Assembly (NCBI GenBank): GCA_041752695.1
Contig: JBGSVZ010000031.1
Coordinates: 96,001-160,000 of the forward strand
Length of the DNA: 64,000 nt
Direction: 5' to 3'
DNA from: Terrimicrobiaceae bacterium
GTDB lineage: Bacteria > Verrucomicrobiota > Verrucomicrobiia > Chthoniobacterales > Terrimicrobiaceae
The stretch's first letter is position 1, and the number at the start of each line of letters is the position of its first letter. The position numbers and the translations under genes were made by a program. A model generated the notes under the pieces. That model did no database searches. It saw nothing but the letters and a program-made list of their open reading frames with translations, and was not told where the DNA came from. Of this stretch, positions 1 to 10,017 are shown piece by piece.

Positions 1-379
1 GCATCACCCGCGCCTGGTCCGCTTCCTGGAAGTTCGTAGAGAATGTGTCCAACCCATATCCGAGCCTCTCCGCCGTCTCACGGATCCCCGACAGTTCCTC
101 CCGCGTTTCCCGCTCCGGCACTGCGAACTCCTCCGGCTTGACGTACACCACGGCGATGACACTGCCGGCCGGACGCACCCGTGAGTCCTGCCGGTAGGCG
201 ACAAGCGCAGAAAGTGCGGGATCCGGTTGGTAGCCCATGCTAGCCGCAAGTTTTTGCACGCGCATGCAGGTAGCCTTTCCGATCCGGGGATGGTCGCGCA
301 GCGCCATGGAGACGGCGGCAATGCTCAGTTTTGCTTCCTGGGCGATACGTTTTAGGGTCACACGCGGAGAGGGGTTCAT
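1..379 (-). CDS. LacI-family transcriptional regulator (5' part; runs off window edge)
   Basis: Manual translation from ATG at 379: MNPSPRVTLKRIAQEAKLSIAAVSMALRDHPRIGKATCMRVQKLAASMGYQPDPALSAL, a LacI HTH plus hinge. Absent from the ORF track because it is open at the edge. Confidence 0.88.
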   Translation of the reverse strand, partial: MNPSPRVTLKRIAQEAKLSIAAVSMALRDHPRIGKATCMRVQKLAASMGYQPDPALSALVAYRQDSRVRPAGSVIAVVYVKPEEFAVPERETREELSGIRETAERLGYGLDTFSTNFQEADQARVM

Positions 380-534
380 CGGAAAAATCTATGAATGACC
401 ATCTCACGTCTGGCAATGGTGAATAATGTAAGCGGAAATAGCGCGTTCTCCTCAGCCGCCAGGGACGCTTTCCACTTGGTGACTAAAACCACCTATTCCG
501 TTGAGTCAGCGCTACGTGCGCAACAACTAGCTGG

Positions 535-548
535 TCACTGATCAGTGA
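535..548. promoter_or_regulatory. Perfect 14-bp palindrome TCACTGATCAGTGA, candidate operator
   Basis: Seen directly in the divergent intergenic region between the LacI gene and the PEP-CTERM gene. Confidence 0.35.
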
Positions 549-598
549 GGAATCGTGCCATCCGTGGCTCTAATGAACTCTCTCCCTCACCTCGTTGC

Positions 599-614
599 GC
601 TTAATAGTTTCATC
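599..614. promoter_or_regulatory. GCTTAA-N4-TTAAGC box copy (GCTTAATAGTTTCATC)
   Basis: About 100 bp upstream of the PEP-CTERM ATG at 715; 3 mismatches to the reverse complement of the 47063 copy. Confidence 0.5.
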
Positions 615-714
615 ACAAAAAGCGTGGTGTTCTTTTCCGACAGTGCCAGATTTGCAGAAGTTCAGAAGTGAACTGCTTCACCCCGCAATCCCATCCACCC
701 AGAAAGTCATGATT

Positions 715-2334
715 ATGAAACCCACCCTGAAATTAACCTCGATCGCAGCTGCTACAGGTTTAGCAGGCCTACTGCTTGCTGGAAATCTTCACGCCGTCGC
801 TTATGCTTGGGATGGTAATGGGAGTCCAAACACAGGAGGTGACTGGACCACTGTCAATTTGTGGAATCCTGATGGTATTCCTGGAACGCTCGCAGCAGAT
901 ACGGCCACGCTCGGCGATGTCACCGCTGGCACTCGCAATGTCACGCTGAGTACGCCGCAAACAATTGCGGCATTTAATCTAACGCAAACGACTGCGGGCG
1001 TCGTGAACAAGTTCACTTTGACGAGCACTCTGACGACAGCAGCTCACACATTTTCCAACGTCACTGCTGCAAATGTCGGCACGCTTGTCATGGAGTTGGG
1101 CACGAACGGAGTTTTTATATCAAATTCAAGCAACTATACAGGAACTATCGATTTTCTTGGCAACGGTAGCAGCATCACTAAAGTCGCTGGTGGCACCGTC
1201 AACTTGGGCAATGGACAAAACGGTGCTGTCACCGTTGACGTTGGTGCCGGAAATCAGGCCTCGATTGCGAGGTCACTCGCAGCCGCTAACGTCAACCATA
1301 CCGTCCAGGTGATTGGCAATACGGCAGGATCACGAGTTGCAACACTTGATGTCAAAACAGGTTCGCTTTTGATTGTAGGAACGACCTCGTCCAACTTCGG
1401 GGGATCGTCCGTATCTTTAATCACTGGTGACAATGCGACGACGACGGTTCGCGCTGGAGCTGAAATAAAAGTGGAATCAGGGGCTGCTGCGGGAGCGACA
1501 AACTCGACAACAGTCGGTTCTACTGTTAACGCTGGTGGAACTTTCATCCACAGCGGCACGGTCTCGTTCAGAAACCAGAATAACATTGCCGCCGGAACGA
1601 TGATTATCGCGAACAACGCGCTTTACACGGTCGGAAGCAATTCAGCGGCATTCATTCGCAGTGCCGGATCGAATACCAACGCGGCGGGTGCCTTGACCTT
1701 CAACAACAGCGTGACCGGAACTTTCACGAGCGCAGGAGGCGGCGCGGCCAGTGCTTTGAGCTACACCAATAACGGAAGTGTTGGTTCTGCCTTTACAAAT
1801 CTCACTTTCAACAACCTGGGAACGATTGCGGTTGGGGGAACGAGCACTTCGGGTCTCGCAGGTGTAGGATCACTTGCTCTCACGAATGTGGCCATGTCCA
1901 CCAGCGCAGCCAATGCCAACACAATGGCCTTTCAGGTTGGAGGCAGCACGGCGGGAACATTTGACGCCATCACCTTCTCCGGTGGTTCGCTCGGGTTGGC
2001 GAGCTCGGCAGACACGTTGACGCTTTCCCTGGTCAATAGCTTCTCGCCGGTTAGCAACTTCAGCATCTCGCTCCTCGACTTTTCTGGCGGTGCGACTTCA
2101 ACCGGCGCATTTGATTCCATCACCGGCATAGGAGCGGTTTCAGCTTCATCAGCCGTTGATGTGACGGCGGCTCTTGGGAGCTTCACCGCAGGGGATTCAT
2201 GGACCTTCAATAATAACTCGGCGACTGCGGATTTCGGAACTCTGACCTATGCGGTTCCCGAGCCAACCACCTGGGTGCTCCTGACTGGCGGATTGACCAC
2301 AATGGTGGTCCTCCGCCGTCGCCGCAACAGCTGA
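715..2334 (+). CDS. PEP-CTERM surface protein (Thr/Gly/Asn/Ser-rich, beta-helix/passenger-like)
   Basis: Signal peptide MKPTLKLTSIAAATGLAGLLLAGNLHA; C-terminal VPEPTTW + hydrophobic helix + RRRRNS. Confidence 0.93.
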   Translation: MKPTLKLTSIAAATGLAGLLLAGNLHAVAYAWDGNGSPNTGGDWTTVNLWNPDGIPGTLAADTATLGDVTAGTRNVTLSTPQTIAAFNLTQTTAGVVNKFTLTSTLTTAAHTFSNVTAANVGTLVMELGTNGVFISNSSNYTGTIDFLGNGSSITKVAGGTVNLGNGQNGAVTVDVGAGNQASIARSLAAANVNHTVQVIGNTAGSRVATLDVKTGSLLIVGTTSSNFGGSSVSLITGDNATTTVRAGAEIKVESGAAAGATNSTTVGSTVNAGGTFIHSGTVSFRNQNNIAAGTMIIANNALYTVGSNSAAFIRSAGSNTNAAGALTFNNSVTGTFTSAGGGAASALSYTNNGSVGSAFTNLTFNNLGTIAVGGTSTSGLAGVGSLALTNVAMSTSAANANTMAFQVGGSTAGTFDAITFSGGSLGLASSADTLTLSLVNSFSPVSNFSISLLDFSGGATSTGAFDSITGIGAVSASSAVDVTAALGSFTAGDSWTFNNNSATADFGTLTYAVPEPTTWVLLTGGLTTMVVLRRRRNS

Positions 2335-2396
2335 GCTTCACTAAATAATTCATGTGGGGGGAGTCCTCTGGTTGAGGAACCACAGGACAACGAAGA

Positions 2397-2428
2397 CCCG
2401 GTCTGCTGAAAGGCTGGCCGGGTTTTTC
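2397..2428 (+). terminator. Rho-independent terminator
   Basis: GC-rich stem (cccggtc...ggccggg) followed by a T-run, downstream of the PEP-CTERM gene. Confidence 0.65.
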
Positions 2429-2558
2429 TGTAAAACGCAAAGTTAAAAAAGTGGAGCAGACGTTTCGCCTGCCCGCGGCAACATTTAGAGTTATCCAAAT
2501 GATGGCAGCTAAACCCCTGGCGGTCAGAATGTCGTCCCGTTTCTCCGGGATCTTCCCG

Positions 2559-5099
2559 ATGCCCAATATAGTGAAGCACTCGCCCCGGTTCTCGTCCGTT
2601 CTTATTCTTTTGGTAGTCTCTGTCTGGGGGTTGACCCTCCCTGACAGTTTTGCCGGGGTCCTTTTTTCCTCGGAATTTGATACGGCGGCCGAACGGTGGG
2701 CAGCAATTTCCGCGACCGGCACCGGAGCCTCGGTCACCACCGCATGGGTCGTCGATGCCGGAACTTCTGATCCTTCTGGCGGGAACGAGTTTGTTGGCAT
2801 TTCCTCCTCCGCTCTGGTTGTTCGTGCCGTCCCTTCCGGCAACCCTCCTGATTGGAATGCCGTGGTTGCCAGTGGTCCGCTCCAGATTGGCAATACGGAA
2901 CAGGATCTCCGCAAGCTCACCCTGAGTTTTGACCTGAAGCCGAGCTCCGTGAAGCCGGTGAGGGTGGAAATTCGCTCCCTCGGCAGCTCGAATGAAGTGT
3001 TGGGCTCCCGGTCCTGGGAAGTCATCCCGCAGGTTGCGAATGGTTTTTTTCGATACTCCCTCGATCTGAGTGATTCGGTTCTTTCCGGGACATTTTCTCC
3101 GACAAATGGGCGGGTTGAAGTGGCTATCAGCTTCGGTAGTGGGATGGGATGGAACAAACAAGGCGAGCAAACCCTCGCCATCGATAATATCTCCTACACG
3201 TCGCCAACGTTTTATGTGAGTCCGACACTCGGTTCGGATTCTCTCCCAAACGGTCTGGGACTTTCCGAAGCCAGGCCTTTCCGGAGCCTGGGATTCACCC
3301 GACAGCAATTGGCGGCTGGTGATGTGGTCTGCCTGATGAACGGTGACTACACCGGCGCTTATGTGGCTCTGGAGCTGATCTCGGAGAAAGGCACTCCGGC
3401 CAAATGGATCGTGCTGCGTTCATCTCCCGGTCATACCCCGAAAATCAAATCAACAGGATGGCATGGGTTTCAAATCACGGCTCCCTCTTGCTACGTGGAG
3501 ATTCGTGATCTCACCTTTGAGGGAAATGTGCCGGATATTGGTTCGAGTGAATGGGCTGACATGCTGGAGGCGGCGACAACCGATGGCCGGATCCTGAGCG
3601 GCGGACAACGAAACCGCAGCTTCAACACCAATGCGATCACGATCAACGGACGATTGAATGACCAGGCGAAGGGAGCGCACCACGTGCGGATCATGAGAAA
3701 TCGGATCAGCCGTTACCCGGGTGCCGGCGTGGGGGTTTTGAATGCCGATTATGTGACCATTGAAAACAACATCATCAGGGACACCAACTGGCTGAGTTCG
3801 TTCGGGGGCAGTGGCATCAGCCTGCTGCATTCCTGGAATTTTGATCAGCTGGGAAATCACAAAAGTTTCATCGTGGGAAATGAATGCAGTAACAATCGGT
3901 GTTACGTCCCTTGGAACAACAACGGGAGTATCCGTTTTTCCGACGGAAACGGGATCATTATTGATACCAACTCGCGCGGCCAATACAGCAAAGCCTCGCT
4001 GGACGGGTACTCCGGTCGCACCTTGATGGCAAATAACCTTGTTTATGGCAGCGGTGGGGCAGGAATCGCAATCACCAGCAGTTGGAAAATCGACATCATC
4101 AACAATACCGTTTATCACAACGTTCAGACTGAGGGGCTCAAGCGGGACTTGGCGGCCATTCCGCCTCGCTATGATTGGGGCGATTTGCAAATCTCCGCTG
4201 TCAATGACGGGAATCCCGCGACTGCGGCGGACAATAATCTCTTTTCGCGGGATGTTCGAGTCCGGAACAATATTTTCTGGGGAGATGAGGATCGTTCGCG
4301 GGTCGTGGTTCAGGGTAGTGTCGCCCGGGGCACGACGGATGTGTCTTACAACTCCAATATCTTTTACGGTGACCTCGGGACAGCGAGTATCCCGAGCAGC
4401 CTTGGGGATGGAACGTATACGAACAATCTCAAGACGAATCCTCTCCTCAAAAATCCGCAGTTGGATTCTGCCATCGCGGACTTTACCCCTCAACCCACCA
4501 GTCCTGCGATTGATTTTGCCACCACCTGGCCGGAGGCTCCGGGTTTGGATTTTGTCAGAAATCGCCGTCCTTCCGGCGTGGCGTCCGACGTTGGGGCTTA
4601 TGAAGTGTCACTGGCCGGGCCGGGTCTTTCCGCGCTCCAAGTCTGGCGGGAACTCTATTTCTCTGCTTCGGTCGTGGCGGACTCCGGCCAGGAACGGACG
4701 GTTTGGGGCGACGCAGCGGATCCGGATGGAGATGGCCTGGGAAATCTGTTGGAGTTTGCCATCGATACGGACCCATTGGTGTTTTCTCCCGGTCCTTCGA
4801 TTTCTGGAAAGGCGGACGGAAAATTGAAGCTCACTTTCGCGCGGCTAAATCCTGCGCCGGTGCGCTACATGGTGAGTGCTTCGGAAAACCTGGTGACCTG
4901 GAGCCCGATTGCCACGCTGGAGCCGGACACCGTGAGTTGGAATACGGTTGGTAGTGCCACGGCGAGCGGCACCAATGGTCGCTTGGGTGTGGGCGGAGCC
5001 GTGTTGACTCGGATTATTACGATTTCCGACGGGGTTTCTTTTTCGGAAACTCCCAGACGCTTCCTACGGCTTGGCGTGGAAAAGGTTGCCAGAGAATAG
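2559..5099 (+). CDS. Secreted right-handed parallel beta-helix protein (pectate-lyase-like fold) with PVC-type C-terminal domain
   Basis: FYVSP-G-D..GL..RPFRSL start, repeated IxNN strands, SDGNGIIID, SPAID...DVGAYE; C-terminal DPDGDGLGNLLEFA...RRFLRL. Start codon uncertain. Confidence 0.8.
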   Translation: MPNIVKHSPRFSSVLILLVVSVWGLTLPDSFAGVLFSSEFDTAAERWAAISATGTGASVTTAWVVDAGTSDPSGGNEFVGISSSALVVRAVPSGNPPDWNAVVASGPLQIGNTEQDLRKLTLSFDLKPSSVKPVRVEIRSLGSSNEVLGSRSWEVIPQVANGFFRYSLDLSDSVLSGTFSPTNGRVEVAISFGSGMGWNKQGEQTLAIDNISYTSPTFYVSPTLGSDSLPNGLGLSEARPFRSLGFTRQQLAAGDVVCLMNGDYTGAYVALELISEKGTPAKWIVLRSSPGHTPKIKSTGWHGFQITAPSCYVEIRDLTFEGNVPDIGSSEWADMLEAATTDGRILSGGQRNRSFNTNAITINGRLNDQAKGAHHVRIMRNRISRYPGAGVGVLNADYVTIENNIIRDTNWLSSFGGSGISLLHSWNFDQLGNHKSFIVGNECSNNRCYVPWNNNGSIRFSDGNGIIIDTNSRGQYSKASLDGYSGRTLMANNLVYGSGGAGIAITSSWKIDIINNTVYHNVQTEGLKRDLAAIPPRYDWGDLQISAVNDGNPATAADNNLFSRDVRVRNNIFWGDEDRSRVVVQGSVARGTTDVSYNSNIFYGDLGTASIPSSLGDGTYTNNLKTNPLLKNPQLDSAIADFTPQPTSPAIDFATTWPEAPGLDFVRNRRPSGVASDVGAYEVSLAGPGLSALQVWRELYFSASVVADSGQERTVWGDAADPDGDGLGNLLEFAIDTDPLVFSPGPSISGKADGKLKLTFARLNPAPVRYMVSASENLVTWSPIATLEPDTVSWNTVGSATASGTNGRLGVGGAVLTRIITISDGVSFSETPRRFLRLGVEKVARE

Positions 5100-5224
5100 G
5101 AATTAGAGCGGAGTCGGCCTCATCCACATGTCCGAACTCATCTTCGATGATCTGATCTAGGCGTTTGAGCTCGGCACGCCTTTCCGGATCGTTGGCCATG
5201 CAGCCATAATCTGGGAGGTGGTTT

Positions 5225-6808
5225 TTAAGGCGCGATCTGACGGAGAGCGCCGATGGCCCAGGGGGCGAGTTGGCGCTGGTAGCGGAGAACCCCCGTTTGA
5301 TCGGCGTGCAGCGTGAGCCGCTCAGTCGCTCGCGCCGTGGCATGGAGCGCGGCGGTTTGCTCGCGCGTTGGCGGTTCGGGTGAACCCATGCGTTCCCAGG
5401 CATGCAGCGCATGGCCGTGCGCGGAGTCGCAGACTTCCAGCTCGAAGGCGGTGCCGGGCGCGAGGCCGGAGAGTTCGATTTTCAACTCGCCGGGCGTGCC
5501 GGCGTCAAAGTCCGCGCGCGAACGATCGCGGGTGTAGCTCACGTTGGGAGTTTTCAAGAAGCCGTCGGCATAATTCCAGATGACGGCGGCTAGGCGACCG
5601 TCCGCATGGCGGCTAAGCAGCCAGCCTTCTTCGGCGGCGAGGCGCTCAGTGCCAAGAGCGTGGAGAAAGCGGTAGGCGTGATAGGCCGGCTTGGGTAAGC
5701 CGTGGAAGTTCACGAGGCCGAAGCCGCCGTGAAAGGTGGCGGGGCCGGCACCGCTTTCTTCGAAGATGTCGCTGAAGACCCAGTAGCTCAGTGAGTCGCA
5801 GAGACCGGAAGCCTGGAGATTGGCACGGAGGAGCCAGCAGGCGGCGGGCAACTCGTCGTGGCCGTGGTCGCGGGACGTGGGCGACGTGCTCCATTCCGTG
5901 CAATGGATTTTCGCGGCAGGATAGGCACTCGCCCGAACCAGAGCCTGAAGGTGGGTGAGGTCGTGGATGGTCGCGTCCCGGTGCCGGGTGAAGTGGATGG
6001 AGCTGCCGTCGAGATCCAGCGCGCCTTCCGTCGGATACGGATGCATGGAGATGAAATCGACGGGGAGTTTTCGCGCCGCGCAATCGCGGAGGAAACGCTC
6101 GATCCAGACCGGACGCCACGGGAGAGTCTCGTCGGGCACGTCGGTGGGCGTGAGGAACGACATATCCCAGCGCTCGCCGTCGGAGCGCTCATCGGGCACG
6201 AAGTTGCTGGTCGAGGGACCGCCGACCTGGATGGAGGCGTCCACGCCTTTTACGGCGGTGACGGAGGCGGCGTAGAGATCGACGTATTCGGAGTAGGTGC
6301 CGTCGAAGAAGGCATCGAGGTTGGGCTCGTTCCAGACCTCGAAGGGCCAGGTGCGGACTTCGTCGATGCCGTAGCGATCCACCAAGTGTTGGGTGAAGGC
6401 AGTGATGAGGGCTCTCCAGCGGCCCATGTCGGTGGGCGGGGAGCCGTTGCCCTTCCACCAGAAGACGGTGGCGGTTTTGCGCGCGAGGCTCTTCGGCATG
6501 AAGGCGAGCTCGACGAAGGGCTTTACGCCGAGTTCGAGCAGGCGGTCGTAGAGGGCGTCCACGTAGTGCCAGAGATACTGGTCTTTGCCGTCCTTTTGGC
6601 GGAGCACGAACATGTCGTCGTGGAAAATGCCGTGGAAACGGATGGACTCGAAACCGCAGTCGCGTTTTGCGGTGGCGAGCTGCTCCTGCCAGTCGGCGCG
6701 CAGGCCCTCGTTGGCGCGGCCGGCGCCCACACAGACGCTCCAGACGTGGGGCAGGGGAGTGCCGACAGCGGCAGGGGAGGCGGAGGCGTGGAGGTGAAGT
6801 TGGCTCAT
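5225..6808 (-). CDS. GH39 beta-xylosidase-like glycoside hydrolase
   Basis: IRFHGIFHDDM, VELAFMP, FEVWNEP (acid/base), HCTEW (nucleophile), SYWVFSDIFEE, FHGGFGL. Confidence 0.93.
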   Translation of the reverse strand: MSQLHLHASASPAAVGTPLPHVWSVCVGAGRANEGLRADWQEQLATAKRDCGFESIRFHGIFHDDMFVLRQKDGKDQYLWHYVDALYDRLLELGVKPFVELAFMPKSLARKTATVFWWKGNGSPPTDMGRWRALITAFTQHLVDRYGIDEVRTWPFEVWNEPNLDAFFDGTYSEYVDLYAASVTAVKGVDASIQVGGPSTSNFVPDERSDGERWDMSFLTPTDVPDETLPWRPVWIERFLRDCAARKLPVDFISMHPYPTEGALDLDGSSIHFTRHRDATIHDLTHLQALVRASAYPAAKIHCTEWSTSPTSRDHGHDELPAACWLLRANLQASGLCDSLSYWVFSDIFEESGAGPATFHGGFGLVNFHGLPKPAYHAYRFLHALGTERLAAEEGWLLSRHADGRLAAVIWNYADGFLKTPNVSYTRDRSRADFDAGTPGELKIELSGLAPGTAFELEVCDSAHGHALHAWERMGSPEPPTREQTAALHATARATERLTLHADQTGVLRYQRQLAPWAIGALRQIAP

Positions 6809-6883
6809 GGAAGTATCAAGTGATTAGCAAAACGGGGTAAGCATGACAGCCCACCTTGCAGTGTCTTTTCGGATCGGCGGGTC

Positions 6884-9865
6884 TTAAAGTTGGTCGGTCT
6901 GCACATACCAGATGCCTAGGCCGGGCGTGCCGAGGTAGAGGCGGCCGAAGGTTTGCCGGTCGGCCATGAGCATATAGCTGCCGAGATTTTCAAAACCGAT
7001 GCGCGGGAGGGTCTGCCACGTTTTGCCGGCGTCGAGCGAGCGGTGGAGGCCATCGGCAAGGCCATCCGCACCTTTGCCATAGACATAGACGGCTGGCTCA
7101 CTGCCGGGCTTCGTCGGGTCGCCCACGCCCGCGCTCACGAGCAGCGGACGACTGCCGGGGAACTCCGGGGATTTCGTAAAAGTCGCCCCGAAATCCGTGC
7201 TGTGCCAAAGGCCGCCGCCGCCAAGCGCGAGCCACAGCTCGCCGGCGCGACCGGGCGTCGCCGAGAGTTGCACGGGCGAGACGCTGTCATGGATATTCGC
7301 CCCAGGCAGGTCGCTTTTGGTAGCGGTCCATGTCTCGCCTCCATCGCGGCTCACCCAGAAGACGCCGGGCTGTTCTTTGCCGCGATACTGGTAGGCGTAA
7401 AAGGTCTTGCCGTCCACGCGGTCGGAGCCGGTGGCGAGGGCAAAGTTGTAGCCGCTGTTTTTGTTGTAAATGTGCGGCATCGGTTCACCGGTGCCCGCGA
7501 CTTTTGCGGGCTTCCAAGTGCTGCCACCATCGGTGGTGAAAAACGGCGATTGCGAGTTGCCGGGGAAATAGACCGCGCGTCCGGGCTCGGTGGCGGAGAC
7601 GGCGACTTTGCTACCCGCCTGCTCCTGGCCGGGCAGCGGGTTGGCGGTTTCCACCCACGTTTTGCCGTTGTTGGTCGAGCGCAGGAGTTTGGCCTGATTG
7701 GACCCCTGATGGCCCGGCTGAAAGGATTTCGCGGCGTAAACGATGTTCGGGTCGGCTTCGCAGAAGTCCACGTTCGTGACGTAGGTGGACCAATCGCCCG
7801 GTGCCATGATGTAGGAATTCCCTTTTTGCCCCAGCCCCGGGGCCGTGAAGATATCCGTGTGGCGGAAGCCGCGAATGTCCGAGACGCCAGTGAACATCAC
7901 CGCGGAATCGGTCATCCCCTCGACCTCGGGCAGCGTGGCCATCGAGAAGGTGAGCGTGATCTCCGCGCCGTCGAGCTGGGTTTCAAAAACGACCGGATCG
8001 GCCCACGCATCCTGGGTGCGCCAGACGGAAAAAACATCGGTGACATAAGCCCCCTTGGGGTTTGTGGGATCAAAATCGATGCTGGTCGCCGCGAGCATGG
8101 CCGCGACGCCGGGATCCCAGGGCTGCGCGACGCTGCGCTCCTGCTTGGATGGCTGAGTCCACGTTTTGCCGCCATCGGTGCTGCGGAAGAGTTCGCCGTT
8201 GGGCGATTTCAGGGGCTGGCGAATGGCGAGCACGCGATTGGAGTCGTTCGCATCCACGGCCACGGTCTTGTAAAGGCCTTCGCCGGCCGGAGTCACGTCG
8301 TGCCAGCCTGTGGCATCGCGTCGTGCCAGTTTGGTATCGTGTGCCGCATAGACCACACCGTCCCGCGCGCTCCGCATCCACCGGATCGAAGGCTTTTCCA
8401 CCGCCAGCGGTTTGAAGCCTTCGTCAAAGGCAAAGGTGTCACCGCCATCGGTGCTGACATAGACGCCTTTTTCAAAGACGCCGACGTAGATGTTTTTCGA
8501 GCGTCCGTTGATTTTCTCGTTGGGAGCAATCACGACATTGCGGCAGCCCTCGGGAATATTGAGCACTTGCGTCCAGTTTTTGCCGCCATCGAGTGTGCGC
8601 CAGACGCCGTCCTTACGCGTGCCCCAATAAATGACTTCAGGATCGTTGGGATCCACCGCCAGACCCGGCCCCCACTGGCGAGCACCGCCCCCTTTGAAGT
8701 CCTGATTGCTGTTGGAGTATTTTTGCAAAACCTGCTTCCACGTTTTGCCGCCGTCCTCGGTTTTCCAAAGGCCGGTGGGGGCATTTTCGTGGCCGCCGTT
8801 GCCGAGATCCGCATAGGCAATCAACGCATTGGTCGGATGCAGAGCCATGCTGCTATTGCCAAAGCCGGGGCGTGGATTGAGCTCACTGACCACGGGAAGC
8901 AACTCCCACGGGGTTTCGGCGGAAGGGCGGTGCCACGGCCCGACCATGTCGCCCGTGAGATAGGCTTCGCCGGGTTTGGCCGGGCTGAAGTAGATGCCGG
9001 TGAACGTGCCGCCGCCGCCGATGACGACCTGGCCCATCGGCAGATCGAGCTTGGCCGAGATTTTCGCCGAGAGCTGCTTTTTCGGGGTGGGAATGTCGGT
9101 GAGCGGCGCGATGGTGGTATTGACCACGGGCTTGGGCGTGACCGCGGGCGGGATCGGCGAATGAATCCCGGCGGGCGAAGAAATCGTGAAGGTATCGAAG
9201 GTGTGGGTGGTCGTGCGTTTGGGCGCGTAGAGACCAAAGGCCACCAGCGGGCCAGCGGGCAGGGCGGACGGTGCGGCGGCGGAATCCAAAGCCAGCGCGC
9301 CGCCGGCGGCACCCGCGACGGGTTTGTAGTTGAGCGGTCGCCATTGGGCGCCGGCAAATTTCAGCTCCTGCGCGCTGCTTTTGTTGATGCTGAGTTTGGC
9401 CGCCGCTTCATCTTGCGTGAAGCCTTGTGCGGAAACGAACCAGGGATCGCTTGCATCGCGTCCATTGCCGTTGGCATCCACCTGCACGGCGACGTGTACG
9501 GCGTCCGTCGCATTGCTGAGGGATTGATGCCAGGAGATTGCGGTGACGGCATCTTTGGCCACGTATTCGGAGGTCCAGAAAAGATACGTGTCGCCCTGCG
9601 GCAAATAGACAAACCCCTGCCAAAACGCATCGCTGGAGGGCGCGGAATTCACCGCCGCCGCAGCTGTGGCACCGGGCGCACCGCCCCAGATCGGCTGCGT
9701 GCTGGCATCCCACGCTTTGTCGCTGATGTGATAGTTCCAGCCGCTCGCACTGGCACCCGGGCCGGAAAGAAAAGTCTCCCGGTAAAGCACGCCCTCGGCA
9801 AAAGCGGACGTGGCAAGGCCGAGTGAAATGAACAGCGTGGAGAATGAAGTCGGGCAGAATTTCAT
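6884..9865 (-). CDS. GH74-like (xyloglucanase-type) BNR/Asp-box beta-propeller with extra N-terminal domain
   Basis: Signal peptide; IGGGG, TGDMVG and GVSDIRGF Asp motifs; many SxDGGxTW repeats; ADRQTFGRLYLGT terminus. Confidence 0.8.
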   Translation of the reverse strand: MKFCPTSFSTLFISLGLATSAFAEGVLYRETFLSGPGASASGWNYHISDKAWDASTQPIWGGAPGATAAAAVNSAPSSDAFWQGFVYLPQGDTYLFWTSEYVAKDAVTAISWHQSLSNATDAVHVAVQVDANGNGRDASDPWFVSAQGFTQDEAAAKLSINKSSAQELKFAGAQWRPLNYKPVAGAAGGALALDSAAAPSALPAGPLVAFGLYAPKRTTTHTFDTFTISSPAGIHSPIPPAVTPKPVVNTTIAPLTDIPTPKKQLSAKISAKLDLPMGQVVIGGGGTFTGIYFSPAKPGEAYLTGDMVGPWHRPSAETPWELLPVVSELNPRPGFGNSSMALHPTNALIAYADLGNGGHENAPTGLWKTEDGGKTWKQVLQKYSNSNQDFKGGGARQWGPGLAVDPNDPEVIYWGTRKDGVWRTLDGGKNWTQVLNIPEGCRNVVIAPNEKINGRSKNIYVGVFEKGVYVSTDGGDTFAFDEGFKPLAVEKPSIRWMRSARDGVVYAAHDTKLARRDATGWHDVTPAGEGLYKTVAVDANDSNRVLAIRQPLKSPNGELFRSTDGGKTWTQPSKQERSVAQPWDPGVAAMLAATSIDFDPTNPKGAYVTDVFSVWRTQDAWADPVVFETQLDGAEITLTFSMATLPEVEGMTDSAVMFTGVSDIRGFRHTDIFTAPGLGQKGNSYIMAPGDWSTYVTNVDFCEADPNIVYAAKSFQPGHQGSNQAKLLRSTNNGKTWVETANPLPGQEQAGSKVAVSATEPGRAVYFPGNSQSPFFTTDGGSTWKPAKVAGTGEPMPHIYNKNSGYNFALATGSDRVDGKTFYAYQYRGKEQPGVFWVSRDGGETWTATKSDLPGANIHDSVSPVQLSATPGRAGELWLALGGGGLWHSTDFGATFTKSPEFPGSRPLLVSAGVGDPTKPGSEPAVYVYGKGADGLADGLHRSLDAGKTWQTLPRIGFENLGSYMLMADRQTFGRLYLGTPGLGIWYVQTDQL

Positions 9866-9959
9866 GGAATCTTGGAGGGTGTAAAAATGAGCAATCCATT
9901 TCGGAAAGCTCGGACACAACCAATGTAGTTTGGATTTTCGACCTGTCCCTCACAATGCC

Positions 9960-9975
9960 GCTTAAATTATCAAGC
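9960..9975. promoter_or_regulatory. GCTTAA-N4-TTAAGC box copy (GCTTAAATTATCAAGC)
   Basis: 95 bp upstream of the ATG at 9865; 3 mismatches to the 47063 copy. Confidence 0.55.
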
Positions 9976-10017
9976 AATCTTAGGAGAAAGTGAAAAACTA
10001 GCTGCTCGTCGATGAGT

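Noticed and set aside
4..321. 105-aa ORF in the track
   Set aside because: Wrong frame; the overlapping frame from ATG 379 encodes a clear LacI HTH.
5103..5199. Minus-strand peptide MANDPERRAELKRLDQIIEDEFGHVDEAD resembling an antitoxin C-terminus
   Set aside because: Too short, no toxin partner, and the ORF runs into the convergent gene.
6953..9826. 957-aa plus-strand ORF, and similar long antisense ORFs (12592-14664, 39229-40335, 45138-46223)
   Set aside because: Antisense shadows of high-GC genes with clear motifs on the other strand; no recognisable domains.
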